Positions 40,362-49,800 of a stretch of 52,659 nt of DNA are shown here, piece by piece. The notes below the pieces were generated by a model. It saw only the letters and a program-made list of their open reading frames with translations, had not been told where the DNA came from and did not search any database. A program made the position numbers and the translations under genes. The stretch is taken from assembly GCA_964645935.1 (NCBI GenBank), contig CAZYAK010000004.1, forward strand, positions 1 to 52,659, written 5' to 3'. The stretch is from an uncultured Candidatus Peribacteria bacterium. Lineage in GTDB: Bacteria; Patescibacteriota; Gracilibacteria; Peribacterales; Peribacteraceae. The stretch's first letter is position 1. Each line of letters opens with the position of its first letter.

Positions 40362-41447
40362 GTGCCCACGCCGTCTTCCTCGCCCGAGGCGTACAACACC
40401 GCGGAGATCGCCGCCCGCCTCCATGAGGCGACGGGTCTCCCCACCGAGCCGTCCGGCAAGCTCCCGCACGTACGCTGGATGATCCGGCGGGACATGCCCG
40501 AGGTCCTGCGCATCGAGGCGGATATGTGGGAGGAGCCGTGGTCCGAGCAGCGCTTCCTCCGGGAGCTCCGCGAGAGCGACAAGATCGGGATGGTGGCGGA
40601 GGGCGCGAGCGATCGCATCGTCGGGTTCATGATCTACCAACTGCATGCCGCGTACCTGGGCGTGGTCAACGTGGGCGCCGCCGGCGAGCCGGATGCGCCG
40701 GCGTCCACCATCCATGCGCTGTCCCACAAGCTCGCGGGCAGTCTGACGGCGCACCGGCGCACGCATGTGCGGATGGATCTCGCCGGCCGCCGTTCCCGGC
40801 GCTCCGCGGAAGCCATTCCCGCGTTCCCCGCGGTCTCCTGCTCCGGCGTCTCCGAGGCGCTGGCGCTGCTGGACGACGCCGACGAGCGGGTCGGCGGCTT
40901 CGCGGACGCTCAGACGCGGATCCGGGACGTCGTCGCGGAGATGGCGTCGCTGGCGCCGCCGTCGCTCGCCGCGCTTTTCCGGACGCTCGCCGCCTGGACG
41001 GAGCCGCTCACGCGCGTGCCAGACGACCGTGACGGCCGGCGGTTCGTGCGCGCCCGCGCCGCGCAGGTGCGCCACTTCCTGTTGCAGCTGGAGGCGGCGG
41101 CGGTGCCTGCCGGCCTCTATGAGTCTGTGGAGGCACTGCCTACCTTCGAGGCGATGGAACTGAGCCCCCATGTGTTCAAGGACCTGCCGCGCATGCTGGA
41201 GCGCGCGGGGTTCGTCTCAGTACATCCGCTTGTGCCAGGCATGCAGTGGATCAAATTGCGTGATCCGTCTGCACCCATCCTGGGCTCTACCGCGGGTTTT
41301 GTGGAGTTCGATCATCCGAAGAATGGGTTCCGCATCAGCAGCTTCCTGATCAGCGATGCGTACCGTGGAAAAGGCGCCGCGGCTGTGTTGGCGGCGAAAC
41401 TGGCGCGCAATGCGAGCGAGCATCCCTCGTACCAGGGGATCGTCTGA
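40362..41447 (+). CDS. hypothetical protein with RimI/GNAT-like N-terminal and C-terminal segments
   Basis: ORF 40362..41447(+, GTG; alternative ATG at 40479). MIRRDMPEVLRIEADMWEEPWSEQRFLRELRE…IVGFMIY resembles the RimI N-terminus, and the C-terminal …FRISSFLISDAYRGKGAAAVLAAKLA resembles a GNAT motif A. The central ~200 aa are unassigned. Confidence 0.5.
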   Translation: MPTPSSSPEAYNTAEIAARLHEATGLPTEPSGKLPHVRWMIRRDMPEVLRIEADMWEEPWSEQRFLRELRESDKIGMVAEGASDRIVGFMIYQLHAAYLGVVNVGAAGEPDAPASTIHALSHKLAGSLTAHRRTHVRMDLAGRRSRRSAEAIPAFPAVSCSGVSEALALLDDADERVGGFADAQTRIRDVVAEMASLAPPSLAALFRTLAAWTEPLTRVPDDRDGRRFVRARAAQVRHFLLQLEAAAVPAGLYESVEALPTFEAMELSPHVFKDLPRMLERAGFVSVHPLVPGMQWIKLRDPSAPILGSTAGFVEFDHPKNGFRISSFLISDAYRGKGAAAVLAAKLARNASEHPSYQGIV

Positions 41448-41451
41448 GCGA

Positions 41452-42057
41452 TTAGCGGCCGCTCACCGACTCCAAGCAATGCCGCTGGATCGTCTTCCAA
41501 TCGAAGGGGAACTTATGCGTCTCCACCGCGCGCACGAGGGCGGCGAAGCAGTTCCACTTGTTGGGGTTCTCGTAGAGGAAGGAGTTGCCGGTCTCCTGCA
41601 CGGGGTTGTAGTCGTCCAGAGACGCGTGCGGCATGGCCACCGGCACCACACCGGAGGCGAGGCAGGCCTTGAGCTCTGCGGTCGGGTGGTCCGTGCCGAG
41701 GAAGAGTGCGAGGTCCGAGGCAGCGAGCATCGTGGCGATGGCATCCTCCTTGTCCGGAACAATGTGGAAGCGGTGCGCCTGCTCCTTACTGAGCTTCGTG
41801 AAGAGCGCGCCGTAGCTCGGCGATCCCTTGCCAAGTACCAACACCTCCACCTGCAAACTGAGGATGCCGGGGAGCACGTCTTGAAGGAGCATGCCGCCAA
41901 GCTGATCCGTCATCCCGGCGGGTAGGCAGAGGATGGGGCGCTTGGGCTCCTTGGCCCAACCGATCTCCTGCTGGTACGCGGTCTTGGCGTGCACCTTCTG
42001 GTCCAGCGCGCCCACCGTGAGCTTCTTCTGGCCGGCCGTGTCGGACGCGTGGGACAT
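41452..42057 (-). CDS. stand-alone glycogen/starch-synthase C-terminal-like (GT-B half) domain protein
   Basis: ORF 41452..42057(-), 201 aa. …PILCLPAGMTDQLGGMLL…VEVLVLGKGSPSYGALF…MLAASDLALFLG…ACLASGVVPV…FLYENPNKWNCFAALVRAVE… parallels the C-terminal Rossmann half of GlgA. It lacks the N-terminal half, and the usual E-P-C-G segment reads HPTAE. Confidence 0.5.
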   Translation of the reverse strand: MSHASDTAGQKKLTVGALDQKVHAKTAYQQEIGWAKEPKRPILCLPAGMTDQLGGMLLQDVLPGILSLQVEVLVLGKGSPSYGALFTKLSKEQAHRFHIVPDKEDAIATMLAASDLALFLGTDHPTAELKACLASGVVPVAMPHASLDDYNPVQETGNSFLYENPNKWNCFAALVRAVETHKFPFDWKTIQRHCLESVSGR

Positions 42058-42209
42058 CGGAGAACTGGGGAAGGGAGAAATCCCCTTATTCTAGCGCAAA
42101 AGTGGACTTTCTTCCAGTCGCCCAGAGTTGACTCAGGTACAGGATATGATCCTGATATATTCGCCGCTCTGGCTTGTTCTAGCGCCTTTCCTGCCTCACT
42201 CTGGCTTCC

Positions 42210-43166
42210 ATGCGACCGCACCTCGTCTTGGTGGACGGACACCACCTCATGTACCGGGCGTTTTACGCCATTCCGAAGACGCTTAAGGCCTCCAACGGGG
42301 AGCTGAACAACGCCGTGTACGGCGTGGCGTCCATGCTCCTCTCCATGCTGAAGCTGGAGGAACCAGACGCCCTCCTGTTCGCCTTTGACGAGGGGGAGAA
42401 GACGTTCCGCCACCAGGAGAACGCTACATATAAGGAGGGCCGGGCCGAGACCCCAGATGAGTTCTACGAGCAGATCCCCCGGATTTTCTCCCTCATCGAC
42501 GCGTTTGGCATCGCGCGCGAGTCCGATCCCGGCTTCGAGGCCGATGACATCCTCTGCTCCTATGCCCAGGCGGGGGAGAAGGCTGGCATGCGAGTGACTA
42601 TTGTCACGGGCGATCGCGACGCGTTTCAGCTCGCTACCGAGCACGTGCGCGTCTCTATCCCGCACAAGGGGTACCAGCAGCCGGAGTACCTGGGACCCAA
42701 AGAGATCCTCGCGAAGTATGGCGTGCGCCCGGACCAGGTCGTCTCCTATAAGGGACTCTGCGGCGACGCGTCGGACAACCTTCCCGGCGTGAAGGGCATC
42801 GGCCCCAAGACCGCCGCCGACCTTCTTCAACGTTTTGAGACTCTGGAGGGTGTCTACGCGCACCTCTCCGACATCAAGGGCGCCACGCGCGACAAACTGG
42901 AGCGCGACCGAGAGTCCGCGTTCTTCTGCGAGCGCATGGCGCGCCTGGTTTGCGTCCCGAAGCTGCGCCCATGGGAAGAGCTCACATTGAAAAACCTCCC
43001 CGGCGATGCTGCCAAGGCGTTCCTCCTCTTCCTAGAATTCCATTCCCTTGGAGGACGTCTCCAGTCGATCATCAACTCGTCGTACGGCAAAGACCACTTT
43101 GTCGTATCCGCGACGCCGCCTGCGACCGCCAAGGGTCAGGAGACGGGGCAGCTGGCGTTGTTTTGA
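42210..43166 (+). CDS. stand-alone 5'-3' exonuclease / flap endonuclease (Pol I N-terminal domain homologue)
   Basis: ORF 42210..43166(+). LVLVDGHHLMYRAFYA…, FEADDILCSYA, TGDRDAFQL and GDASDNLPGVKGIGPKTAADLL (H3TH). No polymerase domain follows. Confidence 0.9.
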   Translation: MRPHLVLVDGHHLMYRAFYAIPKTLKASNGELNNAVYGVASMLLSMLKLEEPDALLFAFDEGEKTFRHQENATYKEGRAETPDEFYEQIPRIFSLIDAFGIARESDPGFEADDILCSYAQAGEKAGMRVTIVTGDRDAFQLATEHVRVSIPHKGYQQPEYLGPKEILAKYGVRPDQVVSYKGLCGDASDNLPGVKGIGPKTAADLLQRFETLEGVYAHLSDIKGATRDKLERDRESAFFCERMARLVCVPKLRPWEELTLKNLPGDAAKAFLLFLEFHSLGGRLQSIINSSYGKDHFVVSATPPATAKGQETGQLALF

Positions 43167-43230
43167 TCCGCAAAGTCGCGCACAAAACGTGTTCACCCAT
43201 TTTCCAGGGTATTTTGCGGGCACGAATATA

Positions 43231-43259
43231 TTGAAAGTTGCCTGTGTGTTGAGCAAAAT
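43231..43259 (+). promoter_or_regulatory. candidate sigma70-type promoter upstream of ftsA
   Basis: TTGAAA (43231-43236), a 17-nt spacer, then CAAAAT (43254-43259), inside a ~250-nt AT-rich gap before ftsA. Pattern match only. Confidence 0.25.
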
Positions 43260-43418
43260 CATGCGCAGTTTTTTTGATCGAGAAGCCCAGAATCGAACAC
43301 GAAAGATGCTCAGTGGGCCCTTGCGGCTCTCAAACAAGCGCGATTAGACTAACCTCCGTTTTCCCCGCAGCTTTCGTTCGTGTTCGGAAGCTCGGTCCCT
43401 GTCCTTCCTTTCCGTCAC

Positions 43419-44657
43419 ATGCCTAAGGAACGCGTCGTAGCCAGCCTTGATATTGGGAGCGCAAAGATCCGCACCGTCATCGCCGTCGTGGATGGCGCCC
43501 AGGACGACCATCGCACGCCCAACGTCATCGGCGTGGGACTCTCGCCGTCCCTCGGCATGCGCAAGGGCCACGTCATCGACGTGGAGGAACTCATTCACAA
43601 CATCATCTCCTCCCTTGAGGACGCCGAGCGTATGGCGGGTGTGCCGGTCAATCATGTCTTCGTGGGCATGAGCGGCTCGCACATCGAGGCGTTCGATAGC
43701 CGCGGCGTCATCGCCATCTCGGGCTCCGAGATCACGGTGGAGGATATCGGCCGCGTGCTCGACGCCGCCCAGGCCGTGAGCATCCCCCAGAACCGTCGCA
43801 TTTTGCATATCGAACCGAAGGCGTATGCGGTTGATGAGCAGCGCGGTATCAAAAATCCTCTCGGTATGACGGGCATCCGCCTGGAAGTGGAGGCGCACAT
43901 CATCACCGGCCACGTCCAGCATGTGAAGAACCTCGAGAAGTGCATCGACCAGGCGGGCGTGGACATCGATGCACTCGTGCCCGCTACCATCGCCGTCGCG
44001 GAGTCTACCCTTACCAAGCGCCAGAAAGAGCTCGGCGTGGTGGTCATCGACATCGGTGCTGGCTGCACCTCCATGTCCGTCTACGAGGAGGGGACCATCC
44101 TGCACTCGGTCTCCCTGCCCGTCGCCGGCGAGAGCGTCACCTCCGACGTCGCCATCGGCCTGCGCACCTCCATCGACACCGCGGAGAAGATCAAGATTGA
44201 GTTCGGCTCCGTGCTCCCGGCCGAGACCGGTGACCGCGAGATGATCGACCTTTCACAGGTGAGCAAGGTGGACACGCAGACCGTCTCCAAGAAATACATG
44301 GCCGAGATCATGCAGGCTCGCTACCAAGAGATCTTCACGCTCATCAAGGCGGAGCTCGAGCGCCTCGGTCGCAGCGGCATGCTGCCCGCGGGCGCGGTGC
44401 TCACCGGCGGTGCGGTCAAGGCGCCCGGCGTCCTGGACCTCGCGCGCGATGTGCTCGGATTGCCGGTGCAGATGGGCTTTCCGGTGGAGATCGGCGGCGT
44501 CATCGAGAAAGTGGACGATCCCGCCTACGCCACCGCGCTCGGCACCCTTATCTGGGGCATCCGCGAGGACGAGCATGGCATGCGCGGCGGCAACCCCTTC
44601 CAGATGAAGCGGGCCGCCAAGCAACTCACCGGCTGGTTTAAATCGTTGTTTCCCTAA
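43419..44657 (+). CDS. ftsA: cell division protein FtsA
   Basis: ORF 43380..44657(+, GTG) trimmed to the ATG at 43419 (MPKERVVASLDIGSAKIRTVIA…). Actin-fold phosphate motifs DIGS, VVVIDIGAGCTS and LTGGAVKAPG. Confidence 0.9.
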   Translation: MPKERVVASLDIGSAKIRTVIAVVDGAQDDHRTPNVIGVGLSPSLGMRKGHVIDVEELIHNIISSLEDAERMAGVPVNHVFVGMSGSHIEAFDSRGVIAISGSEITVEDIGRVLDAAQAVSIPQNRRILHIEPKAYAVDEQRGIKNPLGMTGIRLEVEAHIITGHVQHVKNLEKCIDQAGVDIDALVPATIAVAESTLTKRQKELGVVVIDIGAGCTSMSVYEEGTILHSVSLPVAGESVTSDVAIGLRTSIDTAEKIKIEFGSVLPAETGDREMIDLSQVSKVDTQTVSKKYMAEIMQARYQEIFTLIKAELERLGRSGMLPAGAVLTGGAVKAPGVLDLARDVLGLPVQMGFPVEIGGVIEKVDDPAYATALGTLIWGIREDEHGMRGGNPFQMKRAAKQLTGWFKSLFP

Positions 44658-44665
44658 ACGTTCAG

Positions 44666-44790
44666 TGACGAGTGGGCGAGTGATCAGTGCACTATCACCC
44701 CCCACACGATCGCTCATCACTCCGCCACTCGCACACTCGCACACTCGACCACTCCGCCACTCCGCCACTCCTCACTCGTCACTCCGTACT
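44666..44790. repeat. GAGTG/CACTC low-complexity repeat with hairpin potential in the ftsA-ftsZ spacer
   Basis: gtgacgagtgggcgagtgat (44666-44685) is complementary at 16 of 20 positions to atcactccgccactcgcaca (44716-44735). A run follows: cactcgcacactcgaccactccgccactccgccactcctcactcgtcactcc. Confidence 0.5.
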
Positions 44791-44803
44791 TCCCCTCCAT
44801 CTC

Positions 44804-46048
44804 ATGTCCGACACGTTCCGCTCCATCTTCTCCGGCTCCAAGGGCTCGAGTGCTCGCCCCCCGCAGGACGATCAGTCGTCCGCGCGCGAGGTGCGCCCCG
44901 ACATGCTTCCCGGCGCGGTGATCCGCGTATTGGGAGCAGGCGGAGCCGGTAACAACGCCATCGGCCGCATGATCCAGGAGAAGCTCGGCGGCGTGGAGTT
45001 TATTGCCGTGAACACCGACGCGCAGGCGCTGTTCCACAGCCCCGCCGGCAAGAAGATCACCATCGGCCGCGGCACCACGCGGGGACTTGGCGCCGGCGCC
45101 AACCCGGACATCGGCAAGAAGTCCGCGGAGGAGGCGCTGGAGGAGATCAAGGCCGCGCTCGAGGGCACGGACATGCTCTTCATCACTGGAGGCCTTGGCG
45201 GTGGCACAGGCTCGGGGAGCCTGCCGGTCATTGCGGAGGCTGCCCGCAGCATGGGCATCCTCACGGTGGCTGTCGTGACCAAGCCGTTCAGCTTTGAGGG
45301 CTTCAAGCGCAAGAAGCACGCGGAGGAGGCGCTGGAGGCGCTCAAGGGCAAAGTCGACACGCTCATCACCATCCCGAACGACAAGATCCTCAGCCTCATC
45401 GACAAGACCACCCCCCTCACCGAGGCGTTCCAGGTCATCGACGAGGTGCTGAAGCACGCCATTGAGGGCATCTCCAGCCTCATCACCATCCATGGTCTCA
45501 TCAACGTCGACTTCGCCGACGTGAAGACCATCATGCAAGACGCCGGCACGGCCCTCATGGGTATCGGCTACGGCACGGGCGACTCCCGCGCCGCCGAGGC
45601 CGCGCGCGCGGCCATCGACAGCCCGCTTCTGGAGACCTCCATTCACGGCGCCCAGGGCATCCTGCTCAACATCACGGGCGGCACGGACCTCTCGATGTTT
45701 GAGGTCGACGAGGCCGCGCGCATCGTCACCGAGGCCGCCGCGCCCGAGGCCAATATCATCTTCGGCGCCGTCATCGACGATGCGTTCACGGGCCAGGTGA
45801 AGTGCACCGTCATCGCCACCGGCTTCTCCGAGGAGAAGCTCGCCCAGATGTCCATGGCGTCCCCCGCGCAGCGCATCGTGCAGAGCAACTTTGGCTCGCG
45901 CCCCGGCAACGCCATCGCCGCCACCCCCAACCGCCAGGATTCCCGCATGATGGGCGCCCAGGAGCCGTCGGCCAAGTCCACGGCCATGGACCTCAATATG
46001 GAGGAGCTGGAGGTGCCCGCGTTCATGCGCAAGCCCCTCAGCAAGTAA
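44804..46048 (+). CDS. ftsZ: cell division GTPase FtsZ
   Basis: ORF 44687..46048(+) trimmed to the ATG at 44804 (MSDTFRSIF…). VLGAGGAGNNAI, the tubulin signature GGLGGGTGSG, NTDAQAL, and a C-terminal peptide …LEVPAFMRKP. Confidence 0.95.
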   Translation: MSDTFRSIFSGSKGSSARPPQDDQSSAREVRPDMLPGAVIRVLGAGGAGNNAIGRMIQEKLGGVEFIAVNTDAQALFHSPAGKKITIGRGTTRGLGAGANPDIGKKSAEEALEEIKAALEGTDMLFITGGLGGGTGSGSLPVIAEAARSMGILTVAVVTKPFSFEGFKRKKHAEEALEALKGKVDTLITIPNDKILSLIDKTTPLTEAFQVIDEVLKHAIEGISSLITIHGLINVDFADVKTIMQDAGTALMGIGYGTGDSRAAEAARAAIDSPLLETSIHGAQGILLNITGGTDLSMFEVDEAARIVTEAAAPEANIIFGAVIDDAFTGQVKCTVIATGFSEEKLAQMSMASPAQRIVQSNFGSRPGNAIAATPNRQDSRMMGAQEPSAKSTAMDLNMEELEVPAFMRKPLSK

Positions 46049-46070
46049 GCCAGCCATCCACGCACGGACA

Positions 46071-46094
46071 ATCGGGGCTTCGGCCCCGATTTTC
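46071..46094 (+). terminator. rho-independent terminator after ftsZ
   Basis: atcggggc-ttcg-gccccgat followed by tttc, 23 nt after the TAA stop of ftsZ. Confidence 0.55.
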
Positions 46095-46100
46095 GTATGC

Positions 46101-46196
46101 GTCCTTCGATACGCGCCGCCGTGTCATGCTGAGTAACCCGAACAGCAGTTCGGGCGTATCGAAGCACGGAGCGTGTCGCTCCTCAGGATGACACGG
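46101..46196. repeat. intergenic repeat locus R4: partial U flank, a full inverted U unit, and an extra CTCAGGATGACACG end
   Basis: The reverse complement of 46120-46167 (cgtgtcatgctgagtaacccgaacagcagttcgggcgtatcgaagcac) matches 21045-21092 at 47 of 48 positions. 46101-46114 (gtccttcgatacgc) can pair with 46154-46167. 46181-46196 (cctcaggatgacacgg) repeats the flank motif. Confidence 0.7.
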
Positions 46197-46213
46197 GTGA
46201 CCTCAGGATGCCC

Positions 46214-46651
46214 TCAGGCGTGCGTACCCGTGCTCCCGAAGCCTCCGCGGTCTGCGGCGCCGTGGGTGGCCACCTCGGCCCACTCTGCGCGATCTACACG
46301 CACGAAGAGCCCCTGGGCGATGCGCTCGCCGCGCTCCACGGTGACGGGCCCGTCCGTGATGTTTTTCACCTGCACGAGGATCTCGTCTTTCGGCCCGCAG
46401 TAGTCCTGGTCGATGACGCCTACCGAGTGCGGGCAAATGAGGCCCTTCTTCCGGGGCAGTGAGGAGCGGGGGATGATGAGCAGCGCGTAGCCCTCCGGCA
46501 CCTTGACGGTGATGTTGCCCGGCACGAGCGCGATCTCGCCCGGGGGGATGAGGGTGGTCTCGCGCGTCACGATGTCGAAGCCCACCGCGCCCGGGGAGGC
46601 GTAGCTTGGTAAGGGTAATGAAGGATCAATTCGTCGGATATTCACACGCAT
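46214..46651 (-). CDS. dut: dUTP diphosphatase
   Basis: ORF 46214..46651(-). …ASPGAVGFDI…, PRSSL, GVIDQDYCG and RIAQ, with a C-terminal GGFGSTG motif. Confidence 0.9.
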   Translation of the reverse strand: MRVNIRRIDPSLPLPSYASPGAVGFDIVTRETTLIPPGEIALVPGNITVKVPEGYALLIIPRSSLPRKKGLICPHSVGVIDQDYCGPKDEILVQVKNITDGPVTVERGERIAQGLFVRVDRAEWAEVATHGAADRGGFGSTGTHA

Positions 46652-46836
46652 AGAGGCGGGGCCTGCCGGACGAAGCAGAAGGGAATTGTACCGTGATTGA
46701 ACGATGCCCGCCTTCGCCGCGGGCTATGACGGGCGGCCTTCTGCGAAGGCCGGAGGGGGAGCGTGGGATCAATGCGGGTGATGGTGACGCGCATGCGGGC
46801 ATCCTGCCGCATGCAGGCGCTTCGCGGTAGGCGGGT

Positions 46837-49800
46837 TTAGTGATGCGCCCCGGCCGGTGCACGGCCATGCCCGTTCCTCGCCGGACCGGTGGGGTTCTGC
46901 CCGGCCTCAGCGGCACCCGGAGGCAGCTGATTGTTGATGAGGATCAATTCCTTCAGCACGAGGGGCATAGTCTCCATGGTGGCCGTCTTTACCGGCACGC
47001 TGATCAGGCCACGCTTGAGCATCGCGGAGAGGATGATGGGGCTCTCGCCAGTTTCAGGGTCCTTGTACACCGTGCACTTGTACTTCGTGACCTGCGGGTT
47101 CCCTTGCACCCAGGAGGAGTACGCGACGTTGTCCATCTTCGCGCGTGTAGCCTTGCGGAAATTTCGGAGCACCGAGACGTTCAAACGGCCGGCCATCACC
47201 TCATCCTCTATGCGCTTGTCTTGCACCACGAGCTTTTCCATGAACATCTTGCCCTTCTGTCCGGTCTTAAAGGCGCCTTCGGAGGCCGTCTCCAGGAGCG
47301 CGAAGAAGTAGTTGGAGCTGCCGAGCGAAAGCTCGGCCTCCGGCTGGCTGGGGTTCACGTAGTCATCATCCAGGTCCTTGGCTTTGAACGTGTTGTCGAA
47401 ATTCTCCAGGAACTCACGGTACTCCCGGAACTCCGGCGGATTGTCGTCGAAGATGTTCACGCTCACCTCGTGGCCGTGGGACATCACCTTCACGGTCTGG
47501 GAGGCCAGTACTTCGCTGACCTGCTTGTGGAGGAGGTTCTTCTGCCAAGGCTCCAGTTTGTCGCGCGACGGTAGGCCGCTGAGGGCGATAAGACGTCGCT
47601 CCACCGCGGAGACGATGCTGGCGAAGTTCCCTGCTCGCTCAAAGGGGACGCCTCCATTCTGGAAGCGAGCGATGGGGTGGCGGTCGAGCTTGAAGAATTT
47701 GTGGATCATGCCGTACTCCAGACCGCTGGTGCCTAGCTTGTCGGTGAGCTTCTTCGGGAAGAACTTCTTGGCGTTGGGGTTGTCCCGGATGTGATTGAGG
47801 ATGGTCACCGAGGCCCAGATGGGGGAGTTCGGGTATTTACCCTTCTCAGCGATGCGCTCGAGGATGCCGTACGTGGCCCAGTAGTTGTTGCGCTCGAGCT
47901 CGTCTTGCATCACGTCGATCATCGGGGGGATGTCCGAATAGTTGTTGACGCGGCTCTTGCCACGCTCGGCCTCGCTCTTCTCACCCGAGCTCTGCTTCTG
48001 CTCGAGGTCGCGGAGGTATTCCTGCACGCGCTTGTCGGTCCAGTTGGCGGGGAGGTTGACACCCACCTTGAGCGGAATGCCAAAGACCACACGGTTCTTG
48101 ATGTCGAAGTCGTACAGCCATGCCTTGGACGCCATGTACTCCAGCGTGCCGCGGAAGTGGTTGGGATCCTCCTTGTGCTGGTCTAGGAGGCTGTGATGCC
48201 CGTGGCCGCCCACAACGTGGTCGAAGTCCGCGAGGTCGTGCTCCAAGTGCTTCTTGAAGTTGTCCTTGGTCTCGTCGTTCTTGTGGTCGAGCTCCATTTC
48301 CAGTGTGATCTTGGCACGATCGCTCATGGGCAGACCGTCCACCAGGTCGCCCAGGTGTTTGGACAGCTTGCTCTCCTTCAGCTGGTACCACTGTGCCCAG
48401 GCCTTCTTGTACGAGTCGTACACGTTGCCGATGGCGCCGATCCACTGGTTGATGCTGTAGACCTCCAGGAACGGCTCCGACAGGCTGCCTTGCTTGTCCT
48501 TCGCGTCTTTCTTCTTGTCCAGCTCGTCCAGGTAATCACCCATTTTCTGCAGCTGCTCGTCCCATTGCGTCACCTGCTGCTTAATGTCCTTGAGCGCATC
48601 ATTGGCGTGCTTGCGGCGCTCGGAGACCGGCAGCGAGGCGACGGTCGCCAGTGCCTCGAAAGATTCGGGACCGGCAAACCTCCGCATCACCGAGAGGAAC
48701 TCGCCTTCGCTTACCTTGCCGCGGGCCCAGTCTTCTGTGACCTGCGCGCAGCGTTGCCAGTCTGCGTTCATGGAGAGCGCGTGGGACAGGTCCGCGGAGT
48801 GCATGGTGAGCTCGGAGATGAGCCCGCGGGCCACTGCGGGTGGGGCGATGTCGTTGATGATCGCGGGTGCGTTGGCGAGCCGGTTGGAGATCGTCTTCAT
48901 TTGCACGGCCTGCTCGCCCACGGTGTGCTGCAGCTGGTGGCCGTTGATGTTGCTCCCCAGGGTCACCGTCTCGCCTTCCTCACCACCATGGTCGCCTCCG
49001 CCGTGGGATGCACGGATACCCCCGTCCACGCCCTCGTCGTCCTGCTCTTGGGGGGTGTCGAGGGGGGCGTCCGCACCCGAGAGGTGCGCATCCACCTGTG
49101 CTCGAGTGAAGGGGGGGAGAATCTCGGTCTTGGGGTCCAGCAAGACGAACAGGCACACCTCGTCCAAGTGCGTGTAGGTCTTGCCTTCGCGGACGGGGCG
49201 TGCGCGGTAGTCGGCGTGGCGGTTGATGAGCTCCTCCAGCAGCGCCGGGCGGTCGGCGCCGTACAGGCGGTACCACTCGTGGACCTGGTGCCCGGGGGGG
49301 GCGTTCTTGGGGGTGAGAGCGAGGCCGTCGAGCATCGCGTTGAAGCGCTCGCGGTTTTGGTGCATCTCCCGGGCGGAGCGAAGCTCCTTGGCCACTGACG
49401 CCTGGAAGTGCAGCAGGTACGCGCGCTCCAGGTGCGACAGGAGCTTCAGCTCAGCTTTGCTGGTGAAGGCATTGGGGTCGGCGTGCAGGCGCCACCGGCC
49501 GAAGCGCGCGATGAGCCGTACGAGGAGCTTCTGCTCGTTCTCTTTGCAGCCGTCGTACTCCTCGTCCATCGTCTCGTCGCGGCGCAGGTCCTCCAGGAAG
49601 TAGGCGAACTCGGCCATTTGGGTAATGAGCTCGCCGTTGCCCGGGAGCTTGAGCTCCTCGAGCATCGCCCGCTCGAAACTGGCCAGTAGGGGGCCCTCCT
49701 GCAAGGCGGGGCGCTTGTCTAGGAGCGCGAAGGCCGCGCGCTCGCGCTTGTCGGTCTTTGGGGTGGATGCGTCGATGGACGCAGCGGCGGTTTCGAAGCG

